A stretch of 7,089 bases of DNA from Candidatus Syntropharchaeum caldarium (GTDB taxonomy: Archaea > Halobacteriota > Syntropharchaeia > Syntropharchaeales > Syntropharchaeaceae): positions 1-7,089 of the forward strand of contig LYOS01000009.1 of the NCBI GenBank assembly GCA_001766815.1. Reading direction: 5' to 3'. The translations under genes were made by a program, and so were the position numbers. The notes under the pieces are model-generated. The model was not told where the DNA came from. It made no database searches and saw only the letters and a list, made by a program, of their open reading frames with translations. Below, piece after piece: positions 4,945 through 7,089 of the stretch. Positions within the stretch are counted from its first letter, which is position 1. Every line of letters begins with the position of its first letter.

Positions 4945-6165
4945 ATGGTTCAGGGCGATAAATATATGGGTGGTAGGGTGGATTTCGATCAGGGTATATT
5001 GACAACAATACATGACCTGTACATCGACTTTGATCATTTATCAGCACGTTTGCATGAACTCTCAAATAAGTCTCCAATGGGTGTGATCATCCCGATGCTT
5101 GAAAAGGATCTCAAGAATCCAGCGATACCAAAGATCATCGAGGGACTTAACGAATGCACATACCTCAAGAAGGTATTCATCGCACTCGCTGCATCAGAGG
5201 ATGGGTACAGCAGGTGCATGAAGACGTTCGATGAACTCCAGATCCCGCATAGGGTGATCTGGTGTAACAGCCCCGCGATAAATGAGGTCTTTGAGGATCT
5301 TGCGCTTGAAGGGCTGGATCTCAGGTGCTACACAGGAAAAGGAAGGGACGTTTGGGTGGCTATTGGGATTGCAAGCTTAGATATTGATGCATTTGCCATT
5401 CATGATGGTGATATTCGTACATATTCAAGGATGATCCCGACGAAGCTCCTGTATCCAATTGTTGAACCAGAACTCGGATTTTTATTCACAAAAGCTTATT
5501 ATGCAAGGGTTGATGCATCAGATAAGATCATCTACGGGAGAGTCTACCGCCTCTTCATCACGCCAATACTCGACGTTCTCCAGGAGAAGTTTGGGTACGA
5601 CCTTGAGTTTTTGCGATATCTCCAATCATTCAGGTATCTTCTTTCTGGAGAGATAGGTATAACGAGTGAGCTTGCCCTGAATCTGCGCTTTTCCTGTGGC
5701 TGGGGGCTTGAGATCGGGGTACTCTCCGAGCTTATAAGAAACATACATTACAAGCGGGCATGCCAGGTCGATCTTGGGGTATATGAGCATAAACATCGTG
5801 TGATGACGAGAGATCTGGGTGAAGGACTTCTCAGGATGGCTTATGAGTGTTTTATCACGATCCTCCGGACACTTACCGAGTTGTATGCGATTGATATCTC
5901 TGAGGAGTCGCTTGTGAGCATAATGGTCACATATAAACGTGTGGCTACCGATAAGGTCCGCCAGTACCGGGCGATGGCGGTATGTAACGGTCTAAACTAT
6001 GATCTTCACATGGAAGAGTACATGGTCGATCAGTTTGCAGATGTGATAATCAGAGCCGGTCGGGCGTATCTGAAGGATCCAACAGCAAGACAGATGCCAA
6101 ACTGGCTCCGTGCCATCTCAGTAATGCCTGATCTCAGAGAACGGCTTGAAAAAGCGAGTTTATAA
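4945..6165 (+). CDS. GT-A glycosyltransferase of the glucosyl-/mannosyl-3-phosphoglycerate synthase type (GT81-like, GpgS/MpgS-like)
   Basis: Blocks are colinear with actinobacterial/archaeal GpgS as I recall it. These are an N-terminal DF.QG..TT.H.L motif (VDFDQGILTTIHDL), TGKGRDVWVAIG, a DxD-like HDGDI, TKAYYAR....YGRVYRLFITPIL, LSGEIG, and GWGLEIGVLSE followed by QVDLGVYEHKHR. The start is uncertain: ATG 4945 has an upstream GGAGGAG, and ATG 4966 or 4906 are alternatives. The GTG 4870 extension overlaps amzA and is unlikely. Confidence 0.72.
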   Translation: MVQGDKYMGGRVDFDQGILTTIHDLYIDFDHLSARLHELSNKSPMGVIIPMLEKDLKNPAIPKIIEGLNECTYLKKVFIALAASEDGYSRCMKTFDELQIPHRVIWCNSPAINEVFEDLALEGLDLRCYTGKGRDVWVAIGIASLDIDAFAIHDGDIRTYSRMIPTKLLYPIVEPELGFLFTKAYYARVDASDKIIYGRVYRLFITPILDVLQEKFGYDLEFLRYLQSFRYLLSGEIGITSELALNLRFSCGWGLEIGVLSELIRNIHYKRACQVDLGVYEHKHRVMTRDLGEGLLRMAYECFITILRTLTELYAIDISEESLVSIMVTYKRVATDKVRQYRAMAVCNGLNYDLHMEEYMVDQFADVIIRAGRAYLKDPTARQMPNWLRAISVMPDLRERLEKASL

Positions 6166-6171
6166 TGAAGA

Positions 6172-7089
6172 TTACAGGAAGTTCATCGAGTATCTCTTGT
6201 ACGCCATCAGGTACTCCGCGTGGGGCCAGATGAGGGGTGTTGTGACATATGCTAAACCATCATTCCACTTTGGATGGCTCTTTATCCCCTCGATCATCAC
6301 GATCTTGCTATCCTGGAGGATCTTTGCATTCTGGTAACTCTCAAGCCACTCCTCAAACCGTTCAATCGTTGAGATATGCTCAGGGAACCTGTAGTCATGG
6401 GCTATCTCCACACACCAGCCAAGATACTGCTCAGCCATATCTTCATTTCCAACCTCACAGTAGTGCCTCGCAAGCTGGCACGTGAAGTGGGGCCATGGAC
6501 CATATCCACCGTTATTACGATCCCAGCTCTCAGGATAGCGGTTCAATCCATCAAGCTCTTCATCCCAGAGGTTATCATGTATCCTCTTAACCGTGTTTAT
6601 CACCTTTATGTCATCATCCCTGATGAGCCCAAAGTATGCCGGTGCATACTCCACCGCATCAGGGTCTGTGACCGTTGAGGCGAAGGGATCATAACCGAGT
6701 GGCTCACTGTGCCTGTCTCGGATCCTTATCGTCTTTATAAAGCTCCTGAGACGAGGGCTATAGAGTCGCTTGAAAATGCTTGCTCTTATCTTCTCTGCCT
6801 CCTCTTTCCAGTTGTCAACATCTTCTCCTATCGCTTCTCCGATCTTCACAGCCTCAAGGATGCCTGCACAACAGGCTGAGTTTGCATAGATCTCAAAGCC
6901 ATGCTCAAATGCCGGATACTCGTGGATGCTATTTACCGTATGGATCAGATCGATCTCATCATTCTTGTGCTTCAGAATGAACTCCACCGATTTCTTGATT
7001 GCCCACCAGTACTCCCTGCACAGGTCTTCATCCCTTGTAAGCTGGAAGTACTTGCCTGTGGCATAGAGAACAAGTCCGTTCCCATCTAT
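6172..7089 (-). CDS. Glycoside hydrolase family 15 (glucoamylase-like, (alpha/alpha)6 catalytic domain), C-terminal part; the 5' end lies outside the window
   Basis: GH15 hallmarks are present: LNRYPESWDRNNGGYGPWPHFTCQLARHY, FPEHIS (the catalytic-base region, lpEq-like) and TTPLIWPHAEYL (PL.WSHA-like). The listed start is a GTG (6985-6987) inside an open frame. Upstream translation to nt 7089 (IDGNGLVLYATGKYFQLTRDEDLCREYWWAIKKS) has no stop, so the gene continues beyond the window. Confidence 0.85.
   Translation of the reverse strand: MDGNGLVLYATGKYFQLTRDEDLCREYWWAIKKSVEFILKHKNDEIDLIHTVNSIHEYPAFEHGFEIYANSACCAGILEAVKIGEAIGEDVDNWKEEAEKIRASIFKRLYSPRLRSFIKTIRIRDRHSEPLGYDPFASTVTDPDAVEYAPAYFGLIRDDDIKVINTVKRIHDNLWDEELDGLNRYPESWDRNNGGYGPWPHFTCQLARHYCEVGNEDMAEQYLGWCVEIAHDYRFPEHISTIERFEEWLESYQNAKILQDSKIVMIEGIKSHPKWNDGLAYVTTPLIWPHAEYLMAYKRYSMNFL

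Noticed and set aside
5034-5744. ORFs 5034..5219 (-), 5459..5656 (+) and 5544..5744 (-) within the glycosyltransferase gene
   Set aside because: They are short, embedded in a well-supported frame, and show no motifs.
6146-6980. Plus-strand ORFs 6146..6337, 6249..6485, 6376..6678 and 6780..6980
   Set aside because: They are antisense to the GH15 coding frame, which carries clear family motifs along its whole length.
1-7089. CRISPR arrays, tRNA/rRNA genes and riboswitch-like structured RNAs
   Set aside because: I noticed no regularly spaced direct repeats, no cloverleaf-compatible segments and no long conserved-looking structured non-coding stretches. Non-coding space is confined to the IS debris and short intergenic gaps.

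Overview
This 7.1-kb window looks archaeal, probably from a Methanosarcinales-like euryarchaeon. That is an inference from the archaemetzincin gene, a PF01972-type protease, GGAGGTGA-like ribosome-binding motifs and the IS types present. All family assignments below are motif recognition from memory, not database searches.

From left to right the window contains:
- The 3' part of a tandem-module LEA14-like/WHy protein gene, which runs off the left edge.
- Two decayed insertion sequences on the minus strand. One is an IS4/IS5-type element that keeps only its N-terminal HTH ORF and lacks the catalytic core. It abuts a stop- and frameshift-damaged IS256-type transposase fragment.
- A lower-GC two-gene cassette: a 70-76 aa highly charged protein, translationally coupled to a soluble ClpP-fold SDH/S49-type serine protease with no TM anchor.
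- Ordinary-GC core genes: an nfo-nth base-excision-repair pair with an 11-nt overlap, archaemetzincin (minus strand), a GT81-like glucosyl/mannosyl-3-phosphoglycerate-synthase-type glycosyltransferase, and a GH15 glucoamylase-like gene (minus strand) that runs off the right edge.

I saw no rRNA, tRNA or CRISPR array. The best candidate for something undescribed is the IS-adjacent low-GC cassette. I cannot assign it to any named defence, toxin-antitoxin or viral module, so its role is hypothesis only.
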